From Raillietiella orientalis (lineage: Eukaryota): a stretch of 64,000 nt of DNA. The translations under genes and the position numbers were made by a program. The notes below the pieces were generated by a model. The model did no database searches and was not told where the DNA came from. It was given only the letters and a program-made list of their open reading frames with translations. The stretch spans positions 1,178,001 through 1,242,000 of the forward strand of contig JAYWIR010000028.1 of the NCBI GenBank assembly GCA_036172245.1, in the 5' to 3' direction. Below, piece after piece: positions 1 to 13,269 of the stretch. Every line of letters begins with the position of its first letter. The first letter of the stretch is position 1.

Positions 1-199
1 AAGTCGGACAGATGTTCAGTTTCGTCAAGAATAGCTACTAACAGATATTAGGTAACGGCAATTTTTTCATCAATAAATTTCACCATCATTTCACTAAATA
101 CATTACACTCGGCCTATTATGCAATATTTATAACAGTATCTTCGATAGAGTTGAAAATACGTTTTGATTTATGAATGCCATAAATGTGCAGAATGCTAA

Positions 200-660
200 T
201 GTTAGGTGTTCTTTATGATATCAGTAAGTCACTCAGCACTCCAAACATTGATGGCATTACGAGGACATGACATCATCACTTAGGATGTTGGTCCTGCTCT
301 CTCTGCTCATTCTAACGGTCAATTTGGGGAGGGTACATTTTCTTGCGTCCACCCATGGCAATTCTGGTGGTACTGTTTTTTTCCCCACTTCAGAATACAA
401 AAGCCTCTGTGATCTGTGACTTTCCCAGATGTCTCCGATTTCTCTCCATTCGGTGCTCTGAAGGCCTAATGTGGCAAACACGCATCTCCGTGTTTGGCAT
501 GTGGTCGACAGAAAGAAAAAAAAAAAAAAAAAAAAAAGGAAAATTCCTTGCTGATGCGAGTGCCTTTGGTCCTCTGTGTCTCGTGGACTCTTTCTCTGCA
601 ACGTTTTCCTTGATGCTGATCTCCAATAGGATCTCAATGGATGCAGCGATGTGCCTGGCG
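200..660 (+). pseudogene. N: Phenuivirus-like nucleoprotein EVE fragment
   Basis: LMALRG (~250); TVNLGRV (~316; cf. RVFV LTLSRV); DFPRCL (~420; cf. YPRHMM); SATFSLMLISNRISMD (~595-645; cf. AATFTQPMNAAVNSNFISHE). A poly-A run interrupts it at ~517-537. Confidence 0.5.
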
Positions 661-1439
661 TGTAATCACACACACACACACACACATACACAGACTGCAC
701 GCGTTTGCTAATGATTCCGAATACTTGGCGAGCTGTTTGTGATTAAAGAAAAAAGCCAAAACAAAAAGCAGAATGAGGGTCAAATCAGTTTGTTTCCGAC
801 CTTAAGTGAAATTACAAATGCAACTATGTGGGGGTGGGGGAGGATATGTTTACCAGAATACGTTTCCATGCAATAAGTTATTGCTTGCGAGTCGCCTGAT
901 GAGCGGCAGTAAGGTACAACAGAATAATTCGCCTGTTATTAATGTTTAATGAGAGACAGGAAGAATAGAGTTGTCGCAAGAAGAGTTCATTCAATCTTGA
1001 GCTTGCAAGCATGTGAGTATTTATTCGGGATTCTGCACGCATGCGATGATGTTTGCAGCTCAGGCTCAAATGGCGTATGCGAGCCTTGAGCGAGAGTAAA
1101 AGAAAGAAAGGAAACAAACAAACAGAAAAAAGCTCTGCGATTTGGGTGCAGCTAAATAGGTTAGGGCCTCGGTAGAGTGTGACCGTCGAGCGTGAAGTTG
1201 TTGGCTGTTTCTGTCCACTAACAGCAGGCAGGAATCTGGAAGTCGAAATTTGGAGGTCAAGAACGAGCTCGCCGTGTTTTTGTTTACTGCGTGAGGTGGT
1301 CTTCTGGACGAGCACGAATGCTTTGGTGGTGATCGATAAGTGGAGCGTACATATCGCATCATGTGGCCGAGCGCGTACACTGATCATGCAAATCGCGGGT
1401 CCTGTGCTCGAATACACACACACGCACAGCTCCTTTTCT

Positions 1440-2400
1440 CGCAATGGTGGATACGCATGCCAAGGGCTTCAGAGGAACCCGACTTTCGAGATGATTTTCA
1501 TGACGATCTCGCTCGATCGTCACCAACAGCAAACATGGCAGAACGATGCTGAGGAATCTTCGCGTTTCCAGCGTGGCGACTCAGCCGAGTGGATGCTTTT
1601 CGTTTCAACGATTGCCATTCATTTCGGTGTGAATTACCTTACTCATTTCACAATGGAACAGAGTTAAGCTCTTAACACGCAGTTCGTCACATGCAGTTTG
1701 CACCTACAACGGTGCCGCAAAGGACAGAAGCAAACTGTCCACTTATGGCCGCACTTTTGCTCCGCTCTCTCTTCGGCAGTTTTCTAAACGAGTGGCTCCA
1801 GCTGCTCTCTAAAGAACGATGTCCGTCTTAATTCTGCGTATTTCGATCCACATCTCGTATGCCAGTCCGCGAGGGCACGTTGATGATCTGTAGCAGGGCT
1901 GCTGTAAACATCTTATGCACGTTTCAACGCAAAAGGCCAATCAGTTCAAATGAGTGATTAGACTGTCTGGACCGGAAATTCGTCTGGTCTGGCCAGAGGA
2001 GAATGTTTCTCACTGGGGAACGACGATGCTCACAGCAGGGACAAAGCAGGCATCCGTCTCCAAACGGCCTCCCGTGCGTGGTCTCTTGGCGAAACTGCTG
2101 GTAATCCACCACCACCATTTGGCGCCATCAGCTTCTTTCCTCTCGACTCACGTTATCTAACGTGTGTTTATCAAAAGGATGCTTTTCGGCTTCCCACCTT
2201 GTACTCCGTCCGCCGAGCAAGCAGCCATCAAGAGAGCGTTTCGAAATACAGTGCACTTCTGGATGACGCTGACACGACGCACAGCGCGACGAAGAAGTCG
2301 CGGCAGTCCTCGTACAACGCGGTGGTAAATCCACTCCGTGAGGCTCTCTGGATAAAGTTCGATTTTGTGGTATAGGGTCAGCTCAGCTGTTCTTTGAAAG
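1440..2400 (+). pseudogene. N: Phenuivirus-like nucleoprotein EVE
   Basis: YACQGL (cf. FAYQGF) and TIAIHFGVNYL (RG.N-equivalent variant) in ORF 1179-1667; VVNPLREALWIKF near 2325-2360 (cf. FTQPMNAAVNSNF). Confidence 0.4.
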
Positions 2401-2739
2401 GAACACCAACTCATGACTTAAGCAGGTTGAATTCCACTTTATTCAAATTCCCGTAGAATGAAAGACCACAAGAAGCACACGTTTCAGCAACGAGAATGAG
2501 CTAAAACTGATTCCATATTAGAGAAACTTTGAAAGCCTTATTTTGCTTGAAAGTCGAAAGATTGTAATTTTTTTTTCCTGCCTAAAATGGAATAATAAAT
2601 ATTCTGCTCTTACAGCGTCTACTATACACTTTTTATTTTATTTTTCGTTTTTACAAACGCTCTCTCATGCGATCCATGCATACCCACGGGGCTGGTTTAA
2701 CACGGAACGTATCCCACCGCGGTGTACTGTACATTTCTA

Positions 2740-3120
2740 GATGAAGGTGGCGCTTTCAGTTTCCACGATGAGTAGCAATTTTGTGGAAGCTTTGCTGATC
2801 TTCCTGGTAGTGAAGCTCACTCACCGCCGGGCACACTGTCGTCATGCCAGTGTTTTATGGCGAGTGCGAATGGTACGGTTCGTACATAAGCACTGAAGAA
2901 TCGTATGCACAGAGTCCTCTATTAATGACAGCCGAAAAATTTTTCGCCATCTTACCTTTGCCTGTGTCCCACACTTCGAGAACGTGCCTGCATTGGCTCG
3001 CGGAAAATTCCCCGTTGGTTTCAGTTTGCGTTGATACGGTACATACCCAGTGTGCTGCATGTATGCCCACTGAGTGAATGGAAAGATGATTTATGAGTGC
3101 GATTTGGTGAAGCTGTAGAG
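2740..3120 (+). pseudogene. N: Partial phenuivirus-like N EVE (central part)
   Basis: SLTAGH..MP followed by SPLLMTAEKFFAILP, which resembles SPLMMGEFSLFFLLLP in the 26.1-26.9 kb copy and RVFV PRHMMHPSFAGMVDP. Confidence 0.4.
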
Positions 3121-4789
3121 TCGGAGGGTTCTCCCTTTCGGTTGCACTCTGCGTGATCCCATTTTCCTCCTCCTCTGTTTGCCATCGTTCTTGTTATCAA
3201 AAAATTAGAGAGCGTTTCCAAAGCCCTCATTTCGGAAAAGGGGTCCGTTTCGCTACTGGCTGGGCTGGGCTTTCTTGTGGACACAGCTTCCGAATCTCTC
3301 CTCCTTTCCCATCTCTGCATTTGTTGCGCAGTGATCGTCGGAATATCCCCTGTTTGCCGAGTGCAACTGTGCCCTTGACGTAATAAGGTCAAGTTCTAGC
3401 ATAGGGAACGAGGAAGAAGCTGCATCCGAACAGCGATGGGGATCGTTTGTCAGAACCCGGGATGCAGCATATTCTAGACATAAGTAGATGTCTATTGTGA
3501 GGAGACTTATAACAGACATCTATTACTATTATGATAGACGTGTATTGCTTATGAGGTGAGTAGAAACCAGGATTTTGAACCCAACCATAGAATGCTGCAA
3601 ACGGTCAATGTATAGGTGCTCGCTGAGGAGGAATGAACGAGGCACGACTGACTACACACCTACATGTCAAATGCCTGGATGCTGGTGAGCCGAGTCATTT
3701 AGCTCGAATCTAATTTACTTTAATTTAGGAGCAATCTAATTTAACTGTACTAGCAGATGCTAATAAGTCCGCATTTCTTATCAGGTGCACAGTGAATAAA
3801 GGCGGTTAGTCATTTCCTGTCCTCTTTCTAATACACGATAAGATAAAATGGGGAATGAGCTAAGACTGTGCCTGCGTCCACGGGTCTTCTTTCTTTGAGT
3901 CGATAGTTTCGGAGGATATCAGATTTGATGTTCAGAAGATCAAGAGTGACTCAATGATACGGGGATGCTCAGACACCACGGTGATTCAGAGGAGAGACAG
4001 AATGCACCGTGATGTGAGGTGGCATAAATCTGAGGGATGACAAATCTTGATGGAAGATTCTGGGGAGTTGGGAAAACTTCCAAAGACTTTTCCCCTGCAC
4101 ATGTTTGCGATTTGTTTTTTTTTTTTTTTGTTTTTTTTTTTTCTTTTACTATCAAAAAAGGGAAAAAGATCTCATCGGCTGTCTGATTCCGGAGGATTTG
4201 AGTTTGCGTTTGCACGGGGACGCGTTGCTGCTGTTCTGATGTGGCGTTCGGTCTTTTGGTCAACAACGCATGACATTGGTACAAATGACCATTGCGTGAT
4301 CAGGCCGAGTTGTTGCCGCTAATCACCAATAATTAAGGATAGTGATGGCGAGGGTGTGCTGTGATGGGAGAACCGAGGACCTCTGGATATGCAGCTTCTA
4401 GCTATTGAGTTGAAAGAACTTGGGCACTGGCGAACAAATGGCAACATTACAAGTTGAATGCTTTACTCAGCCTAAAGAGGATGGATGGAAGGAGCATTTA
4501 GGTTTTTGAGGCAAGGACGTGGAATGTAGTCTGAAGGGGCAGAAAAATAGAAGGCATGGATGCATTCTTATCCGTTCCTTTTTCCATCAATCCTGCTACT
4601 TCCATCACCATCAGTAACCGTGCATAAATTTATAGTGGCATTTTCACAATCGTTTGTTTCTATCATGGTTTCCATTTATGTGAAGAGGAATTTACCGTTA
4701 GAGTCGATTCATAAACTGACTCAAATGCTTCTACGCACTTGTAAAAAAAACAAAAATTCGTTGAAAGATTTTCTAAATGAAATCTTTTA

Positions 4790-5520
4790 AATAGAATTTT
4801 CCGATTTTCCAAGTTGAGAAAAGAGATTTTTTTTTCCTCTTTAAAGAGTAGATTGTTTCTCCCTTCCTCTATCCAAAGAAGTTCTCTAAGAAATTCGTCC
4901 ATGGCTGTTTCGTTGTTTTTCCCCTTTTGCTGGATCTCTTCGTGAGCAGTTAATATTAAGGACTGCTTTATCGAAGGTTGCAAGGGTTCTTGTGATTTGG
5001 GTTCCCTTCTGCATCATCGCCATCGAAAATTTCCACTGTATCTTCAACGAATGGAAGATGGCATCTGGCAGCATCTTTTGCTAACATCGAAGCGTCAGTA
5101 TTTCAATTCTTTTTCGGTTTCGCTTTGAACTCTCTTTATTCCTGGAGGATGCAGTGCGAATCCAAAGAACAGTCGGATGACGAATTCAACAGTAGAGGAA
5201 GTTACCCGTGATCTTGAAGAAATGGCTGTTTTCTCTGGAACGATGTAGCTTCCGATTCTGAGAAAACCATCCTCGAGAGATTGCCTCAGCTGTGCAGAAT
5301 TTGCCACTCGGTCGGCGAGTGAAGCAAGGATGCTCTTTAGAGTGCCTCCTGAAGCCCCCTGATCTCCCTCAGAGCATGCCATCAGAAGCTTCAGCCTCCA
5401 TGTACCGAAACATTCCGGCGATTTCTAGCGGGTTCGAATCCTGTAGTCGTGTTTGCTTTTCGCAAAGTGTATGGGTTCTTTGCCACACATTCTCAATAAA
5501 TCCGCTTTATGAGCTCGGAA
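4790..5520 (-). pseudogene. N: Phenuivirus-like nucleoprotein EVE
   Basis: Minus strand GACTACAGGATTCGAACCCG reads as frameshifted Y(Q)GF(E/N)P; then KSILASLADRVANSAQL (RG.N motif), RVTSSTV and MLPDAIFHSL. Confidence 0.5.
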
Positions 5521-5579
5521 GAATTATCAGCATGAATTCACGCGTTTTTTTTTTCCATTTCCTCAGGCACTGAATTTGA

Positions 5580-6050
5580 TCCAACAACACCTGGCCGTTA
5601 TGCACACTGCGAGACCTCCGGAGCTGACACGACGAGCACTAAAAGTCTTCCGCCGTTCATCCGCGTTCTATGGTTCCTTCACGCTGCTGCGCACCTTTTC
5701 GAGTTTTAAACCATCTTATGAGCGATCATCACATGTACGTGCGACGCTGGTTGTAATTTTAATCCAGGGACCGAGGATATTTCTCCCTTGCTTCGCACGA
5801 TTCTACTTCCGGTACGACTTGGAAATTCTTTTCTGTTTTTTTTCTTCCTTTTTCTCGGAGTGTGATCGTAAGAGGTAGTTCAAAAGCTCGCTAATCTCGA
5901 GCCAACTTCTTCAGCATCAAAATCTAATTTTGGGTTCCCTGAGGGAATACTTTTTCCCTCTTTTCCAAGTGCTCGACCGACCACTATCACCTATTGAGCG
6001 TTTCTGGATCATATTTATAGCGGGACTGGGTTGGAAACTGACAGTTGGCA
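5580..6050 (+). pseudogene. N: Partial phenuivirus-like N EVE
   Basis: ORF 5576-5878 contains SFTLLRTFSSFKP (LTL.R..F.P) and GPRIFLPCFAR (cf. YPRHMMHPSFAG). Confidence 0.5.
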
Positions 6051-6309
6051 GAGTCATAAGTCTTCCACGATTTCAGGTGGCGGGTCGAGACGGCAAGCAA
6101 GGACATGGCGTACTTAAAGGCAAGGCTTCATGTCTTCACCCGTCTCTACCCTCGTGAGTCACAAAGTGTGGCTCACGATGTCAAGGAAGCGATAGAAAGG
6201 AGCGTCATGAATTCAAGAGGATATCCGTGTCGTGTCAGTACCGTCATAGCGTGATGACGGCCCTTAAATCAGCACTGACCGAGGAACTGCTGCATCATCA
6301 CCGTCAAAA

Positions 6310-6950
6310 AATGATTACCAACTTTGATTTTCAGTCCTTCAGATCCTCCTACACATGGAAGGGATTTTAACTTAGTCTTCAGCACAGTCGAGAAACTTTA
6401 AGGGTTGAGATTCATCTCGTCCTTAAAAACTTTTTTTTAATCAAGGATGCCCTGATTCCCTGATTCTCAATAACCTATCATTCAGAATTTGTAGTAATCC
6501 TCAGCCACTCATTTCCAATATGAGAGCTTCTGATACAATGAGAAATGACAGCTGGAAGATACTAATCAATCAAAGCATCCATAACTTACACAGCTCTTTA
6601 ACATTTATTACAATATGTCGACCTTTTAGCAGTTATACCCTTCTGCCGGTTGTATTCATGATTTATGTTCTCCATGTTCATCTGCTCCGCACTGAAATTT
6701 CTCAACACGAACGGCGGTAAAAGCCTTCAGTGTAACTCTTCCTCATCTGCCTACGCACTTCCCTCCCGCATGTGACAAAAACCTTACAACTTGCATATCC
6801 GGACAGACTCTGGTCGATCCTTCTGAAAATAACTTTATCAACCCAATAATATGGACCGTAATATTTCATCTCGGAGATTTGCTTAATAATCTTTTCGAAT
6901 TATCTACAGCCCTCCTGTGCATGCACTCCTGTGTACTCCCTACTGTCCTT
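6310..6950 (+). pseudogene. N: Phenuivirus-like nucleoprotein EVE
   Basis: NFDFQSF/DP (~6320; cf. EFAYQGFD), IKDA (~6440), SLTFITICRPFSSYT (~6595), LPSRM*QKPY (~6760). Confidence 0.5.
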
Positions 6951-6959
6951 TCTCCGGTC

Positions 6960-7450
6960 TAACCTCCAATCAAATCTTCTCCTTACTTTTCCTCCGGAGG
7001 ATAAACAGAACCCAAGGAGTTCGTATCAAAAGCAAGGGCACTTCTGCGATTTGTGGAAAATGTTGCAACTTGAAGGGCACGTCTTTGGTCTTCTGTCTGT
7101 GAAAGAAACAACCTTTTGCTGCTAAGTGGCACCAATGCGGTGACATGGCTGCCGTAGAATGATTAAAGAACCATTACTGATTTCCCAATGGTCGTGGGGC
7201 TCCAGAGAATGACGGCCCACGTTTTCCCAGGAAGATGTACAGCCAGATGCACCGCTAGTGCTCAAAAAGGGTAGCCAACTGCTTCAAACGGTTCGAAACA
7301 CTATTCAAGGAACAGCAAACAAACTGGATATCTTGCAGCAGCTGTAAGGAACAACCAGAATGTATGAGCAGTCTTACTTGGGAGCTGACAGATCACGCGT
7401 CATGAACTGCTCCAATCTCTCTCTCCATAGAACCTGAGTGTCCAAACAAA
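6960..7450 (+). pseudogene. N: Partial phenuivirus-like N EVE
   Basis: KSKGTSAI (~7030) and VGLQRMTAHVFP (~7195-7228; LTL.R...FP). Confidence 0.35.
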
Positions 7451-7499
7451 ACACGGCTACAGTACCACGAGATCATGGATTCCACTGCTGTAGACGTTG

Positions 7500-8200
7500 C
7501 ATGTCATCAGTCGTTCCATTATGAAGACTTCATTCTTCCATGGAGTCACAGCGGCATACATTCCGAGGTGTGTGTGGTACATTTCATAACAACTCGTCCA
7601 AAGGTGACAGCTGACTCTTCATCCGAGAACGCTGTAATTATTTTAGGGATTAAATTGAATGCTCTTGAAAAAATCGCACGCAAGGCATCACCGTCGAGTG
7701 ACCTCAATAGAATGCTCCATTCCATCTGGCCTCCTTAAAGATCATCTAATGTCCTAGAAACGCAAGAAGGCTCACCCGTTTTCACTCCGCAGCATCCACT
7801 CTGACCAAACACACTCAGTGAAGAGAAAACTGGATTTTTGCCTTTTCCTTCCTTTTTCTGCCAGCATCCCAAACCTTCAGCAGGGAAGCCGCGGAGTCGG
7901 AGATGGGGGATAACCCTTTTATCAAAGTCTTGAGTGGAACCGTAGTGCGGAACTCCTTGCGGTGCGGTTATCGGTGGAAGAGTGGGTCGCGGGAACTGTT
8001 TCCTCTTTGAATTTGTAGGAAACCGTCGAAGAATGCGCAAATAGAAAACAGCGAGTTCAGCCTTCCCTGCTAATGCTTTTTTGGAAGTCAAAAAGACGTT
8101 TTAATATGATGGTGGGAACGAAAAATGATCAGGGTAACGATGGCTTTCCTACACGTATCTCTGAATGCTGAAGACCTTCCTCTTCTTCTTTAAATGTGAT
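7500..8200 (-). pseudogene. N: Phenuivirus-like N EVE
   Basis: ORF 7735-8091 contains FYLRILRRFP followed by GVPHYGSTQDFDKRVIP. Confidence 0.35.
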
Positions 8201-8259
8201 AATTATTAAGGGCGTGAGAGGAATTCTCCCTCCACATTCGGGAGTGAGTTGGTTTGTTC

Positions 8260-8965
8260 AATCGGACTGTTAACGATAGGTTTCGGGGTGTGGAGGCGTC
8301 GACAGACTTGGGAAATTGCTATTTGATGACCGCAGGTATCCGAACTGATAACGTGGACGGAGCTCGTAAGTCGATGCAGTTAGGATCCGAACGTTTGCTG
8401 ATTGCTGGATTTAAGAAGACTCACTTCTGAGTTCTGTCTTCTTCCAAAACAGATGATCGTAATTTCATGGCGAATCGGAAGGAAAACCGGGCACTTGGAG
8501 AATCAGGAGTTTTGAATGTGCGGTGTTTTGAGCACTGCTGCCTGGTATAATTTATGTTTCCAGAGTCTGGAGATGAATCTGCTCCGTAGGAAGGCCCTTT
8601 TATTTATTTAAACACGTTCCTTCAATTTTGGGATCCCTTACTGAATCGCAAATGCGAGGTGGGGGTGGATTCGCAACTATTTGATGCTAGCTGAAACACC
8701 ACTTACTTAAGAGATGAGGTTGAATTAGAGGTCAGATCGAATTGGATTTAAATTTAGCTTCGTTGAAAAAACCATTTGTCACAATAAACACGGGGGGGAG
8801 GGGGTATAGAAGGACGTGATCATGCGAGATTGCCGTTTGTCGGAAGGTCAGTAAAATCACCCTGCCATGAAGATTTTCCATAACGGACTCCTTCAATCTT
8901 GCTTGCTAAGCTGAAAGTTCGTTGATAAGCAACTGGACTCCCTTTGAGAAATACGGCTGGCAGTT
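8260..8965 (+). pseudogene. N: Phenuivirus-like N EVE (paralog of next unit)
   Basis: RFRGVEA (~8280; cf. YQGFDA), VLNVRCFEHC (~8510), C-terminal GLLQSCLLS*KFVD. Shares a 27-bp identical block with the next unit. Confidence 0.45.
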
Positions 8966-9756
8966 TACCTACGTACTCTGTGGTGCATGAAGAAGTGATA
9001 TGAACAAAAGTAGCAAACTCTCAGAAGCTACCGACGGTCACAAAAGGTCCACAGATTTTGATTCCAGTTTGATATTTGAAAGAACGATCGGAATTCGACT
9101 CTTGCTGCCTTTTTACCTTTAGTAGGTGGAAGAAGATCTTCTGTAAGTGGATGCAAAGTGCTAGTTACAATAGCGTTTCAAGACAGAGAGTGGTGATTAA
9201 TCCTCGCGCACGAATATCTTAGCTCTGGAAGCTGAAGTTTCAATGTTTCACCTGCCTTTCAATTTCACTATCATTCTTTTCTTCACTTCCACCTTCCTGA
9301 CGACGACTGCTTCAAGTTACTGACCTCGCCAGAAGACACAGACAACCCCATGCTTCATTCAGCCTGGAGAACTCCCCGAGAAATGGTACAGAAGAAATTA
9401 CAATAGCCTCCTTCAGACCAGCATCGAAGCCAATTCACGTCCGATGCAACGTCTGACGCATTTCAGTAGGCAGAGTGGACACATCCAAAGTCTCTGGACG
9501 GTCGAAAGGCAGGCGTTTGCAAAATGGAATGCCATCGGGGATTTCCAAGAGGAAGGACTGAGTCTATCCATCGGAAAAATCACCTTCAGCCCCATCAGAA
9601 TAAGAAGGAAGTGGGCTTCCTGTTTGGGTGCTGCTCGGCGTCGATCCCTGACACGGAGTCGCGAGGATCAGGGAAAGGCAATGCGGCGTGTGGGACTCTT
9701 TCAGTCTGGCTTGCTAAGCTGAAAGTTCGTTGATACCCTCTGAGAATACGGCTGGA
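8885..9756 (+). repeat. Direct repeat pair (~70 bp, 808-bp offset) at the 3' ends of two adjacent units
   Basis: GCTTGCTAAGCTGAAAGTTCGTTGATA is identical at 8901-8927 and 9709-9735, with similar flanks (ggactc.ttca; tgagaa(a)tacggctgg). Confidence 0.9.
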
Positions 9757-9760
9757 AAGA
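9040..9760 (+). pseudogene. N: Phenuivirus-like N EVE (paralog of previous unit)
   Basis: FDSSLIFE (~9057), SRTNIL (~9205), ITIASFR (~9397), MECHRGFPRG, C-terminal GLFQSGLLS*KFVDTL..YG. Confidence 0.45.
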
Positions 9761-9769
9761 AAGGAATAT

Positions 9770-10300
9770 GCGAAGATGTGTAGCGCGCTGCTCGTTCAGA
9801 AACTATTGTGACTCCACCGCCAATGCAATCGGAAGGGGGCGCTAGCTGGCATTCTGGGTCCAGTCGTCCGGGCATTGTGGGTCTCTGGCTGGACTTAATC
9901 ATAGCCTTCCTCTCGGCTTTCCTTCAGGTATTCGGAGACGGTGGCAGATCTGCCATCCATCAAAATCTCATTATCATTTATGCTTCTTGCTCCTAGCAGG
10001 GTGGTCAGTTCACACCACGGTCAGCAGCATTCTCCTCGAAGCAAGGAAGATCTGAGGTGAGCGACGGGAGGAGGAAGACTGCAAAATGGTTTTCCTTAAT
10101 ATGCAGTGTTTCCGAAATGGTGTCGAGGCAATTCCATCTTGTCGCACACTGATACAGCTCGTGAGGAATGCTTTCCAATAACTGGAATCGTTCGCTGACC
10201 ATTTTCCTTTAATGTTCAGCCTTCTCGAAATAGATCTTTAATTGGCTATACTTGGGTCTCGTTCCTGCAGCCTCATGCCAACCGTTAAAACGTCGCCTCT
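9770..10300 (-). pseudogene. N: Phenuivirus-like N EVE
   Basis: LYQCATRWNCLDTI (cf. LALTRGN), EILMDGRSA, TGPRMPASAPF (cf. YPRHMMHPSF). Confidence 0.4.
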
Positions 10301-10819
10301 CAGCAAGATTACCTAGGACTAATGGTTTAAGTTTCATCTGTCAGAGTGGAGTAGCACCGGAACAGATTGAAGGCATCTTTGATTTCTTTCCGCTTTGGCA
10401 GTCGAGATGTAATTAGGAAGGAGTTGTTGAAAGAATGAAGGCTTCAGAAAGCATTTAATCAATGATGTGCAGACAGACAACCGAAGGATTTCCATCAGTT
10501 CTTTTTTCTTCCGTTCTTCTTTTCGGTTGCTGCTATCGGTTGCTGCTTTTCGGATTCTGGGCAGCTAAATTCCCCCTGTAGGCTCCATTCCGAACGAATC
10601 CTGCTTCTTTCTCGTAAACGGAACAACCTTCCATAGGAGCTTCGGTTCCTAGAGCTGTTGCAGGTTTTGGAAGGTTTTTTTTTTTTTTCCAGGCTCCGGA
10701 TAGTTGCATTTTTGGCACACAAGTCTGTGACCTTTGTGACCATTGTGAAAATTTCATCTCTCGAAGGTTAGGATCAGTTGTGGCTGGCTGTCAGCGTGAA
10801 GTTGACGGCGTTCACGCTG

Positions 10820-11600
10820 AACACTTTGTATTCTACCAGAGCTTCCACGTCGTCGACAGAAAGGGTGCGATTCGCAGCATCCATTTATCTTCTTCTGCAG
10901 GATACATTTTCCTGAAGACGTTCATCATGATCTTCGGCTTCCGTCCTTGTTGCTTGAGGTTCCGTTTTCCAGGGTTGCCAGCGCGTTTGTGGGCATGCAA
11001 AATTCGAGTGCATTCGACTTCAACTGATGCCTCTGCTGTGCTGAAAATGAAACTTGAGATCACAAGAGAGCTGCATTTTGGAACTACGATGGCTGTCAGG
11101 TTCGTTAAGGAGCAGTCCGTGGCAGCATCTTTCGTCTCGGACTGTGAGTATTCAAGTTTTGATATAGCTTTGGCGAGGAGGAGGAAAAGAAGAATCCTTA
11201 GTTCTGCTCTGGTGATGGCGGCTCACGGATTCATTCCTGCTGATCGTCTTTCGCTAAGTGATGTTATCAGCCAATCTCCGGGAAGGACATTCCATTCATT
11301 TTCGAGGCTATAGGCCGGAGAGATAGTCGATGGTCATGTTTTTCCACGAGGATTACTTTACGTGTGGATGTAACGGAAATCTTTTTTCCTATTCGTGGAT
11401 TACGTCCACTGATTCCATCAAATGATGTACCAACAGAGGTACATTTATTAATGCTCCGTTTGATTTGTCGGTGTGCTACATGGGTAATTCCGATGTTTAT
11501 GGCAATGTGGAGGCAGGCCGTCCGTTATGTCAAGGTGTGCAGTTGTCGTTTTCCTATCCACGGCACTTCAGGTGTCATGCTGGTGTACAATTAGCAGTCT
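10820..11600 (+). pseudogene. N: Phenuivirus-like N EVE
   Basis: ORF 10780-11313 contains FVFYQSFHV, ELHFGTTM and ADRLSLSDVISQSP (cf. RDELTLSRVAAA); FPRGLL..M*RKSFFL follows. Confidence 0.55.
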
Positions 11601-11608
11601 GGAGTACT

Positions 11609-11624
11609 GATATATCTATCTATC

Positions 11625-11659
<35 letters not shown>

Positions 11660-11663
11660 ATAT
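11609..11663. repeat. (TA)n/(TG)n microsatellite near the left edge of the GC-rich island
   Basis: Directly visible: tatatctatc...tatatatatgtgtgtgtg. Confidence 0.95.
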
Positions 11664-12009
11664 TGTCGTTGCAGCACGAATGAGGAGGATAATAATTAAG
11701 GCAGGATGCAGTTGCCAATAAGGGATCTGATTGCCTTAATTCATGGTAACTTCTTTCCTACCTTGATGATATTTTATTTGATGACCTCCTTCGAAATATT
11801 TTATTTGATGATTCGGTTTCATAAGATGGGGAAACTCGGAGCATATTTATGGCTTCTAGTAAGATGGTTGCTGCATCTTATTCTGGAGGCATAAAACGGC
11901 GATTTTTCTTCCTACATTGAGGCATGTTGTCTGCGAGGCTGAGGTATGCACGCGGAGGGCATTTTTCATTCTTCCTCCGCGTTCTGTTTGGGTATTCTCG
12001 GAGCTTTCG

Positions 12010-12800
12010 TGTGGAGCTGATTACCCATGGGCGTGATGTCACGCAAGGTGCACGTTGCGCACGAAAGATAAATAGGCTTCCCTTGGTGACTCCTTCCTGT
12101 CGGCGGGGGAGGAGAGGGGAGATGCCGACTTTTGCTGGGGCTCTATCTGCTGAGGCGTCCTGCGGTGAGGGTCACTCGATGGGGTGAGCTCCGTCTTAGA
12201 GTGAGATTTGTGTCGAGATCGCGGCACTAGCATGGGAAGCAATGTGCATGTTTTCCCCGGCTGCAGAAGAGAGTATCGTTGAGCACGTCCGAAAGAGCGC
12301 GCCCAACCATGCTTTGACCTCTGCAAGAGGAGGAAGCAAAGCGCAGCCAGCAGGATTCCTGCTTGGCAAAGAGAGACGCGCTCGAAACTTTCCACTTTTC
12401 ATTTCATTCTCATCTTAGAGTCCATCTTCAACGGTCTTGGGGCACGCCTGAAGGGAGTGGACCTTCGTCGAGAACGGTATCCGGCAACCAGCGATGCAGC
12501 GCCTCCGACTTCTCAGCAACGCTGCAAGCGGATGCGGAGAGCGAGGAGAAGGCTGCCTCGTTATCACGGATCTTCCGATGCTCGTGGCGATTGGGCGGCA
12601 GGCCGTCCTCTGAGCAGCTGTCGTTTTCCTATGCCTGTCGCTTCAGATCACGCGAGGGGGACGGACGAACGACTACCCTCCCCGAACCAGGTCGTTGGCG
12701 AGATCTCCTGGGACGCTCTAAGCATGGAGGTGCGGAAGAAAACAGCGGTGATCCTTACTCCCACCGGGAGGGAGACAAATCCGGGGGGACGGACGCCCAG
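12010..12800 (+). pseudogene. N: Phenuivirus-like N EVE
   Basis: EIA/TSMGSNV (~12215-12246; cf. LAATSLGSNL in the 33 kb copy); RYP..RCSASDFSATL; EISWDALSMEVRK (cf. AAVNSNFISHEKR). Confidence 0.5.
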
Positions 12801-13269
12801 ACGTACCGCAGGAAAGCCTCGCACCGGACAACCGGAAGACGTTCGAAGCCTTCGGGGCCTGGAAAGGAAGGACGTCCCTCCCGAACACGTGCAGCGCCAG
12901 TATTTTCGAGGCGGCTAAATTTGAAATGACCACTCCAGCAGGAACTTTCGACCGCGGCATGAGGTCGAAAGCCTCCGCCAGAGTTCCCGCCATCCAGCGC
13001 AGCGACACACGGAGATTCCCAGACGGACCGAAAACAGATCGGGTCGGCAGCAAGGTCACGCTTGTGCTGAGCCGAGCTTCCAGCGCTTACGTTTTTTCTC
13101 GGAAGAGACCACCTGCACTCTGCAGGCTGCAAGTTCACACATGCGCACGCCTTTCCCTTCTGTTTACCCGAGGAGAAACTAGGAAATAGGTGGGGAAGGG
13201 GGAGGGGGTTGGGGGCTGCGTGCTTGATGTGAAGTGAGACGTTACCACCTGTCCTAAATCATCCCATGC

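Noticed and set aside
3150..4330. Further N-like hints (SCYQK, GLSCG, ARGRVAAVL)
   Set aside because: Too few co-linear motifs to call units, though they may be part of the array.
9040..9760. Degenerate non-LTR reverse transcriptase (SP.LFNFT, LPDDD, GLSLSIGK)
   Set aside because: The motifs are weak and need frameshifts. The segment shares a 27-bp block with its neighbour at unit spacing and fits the N pattern better.
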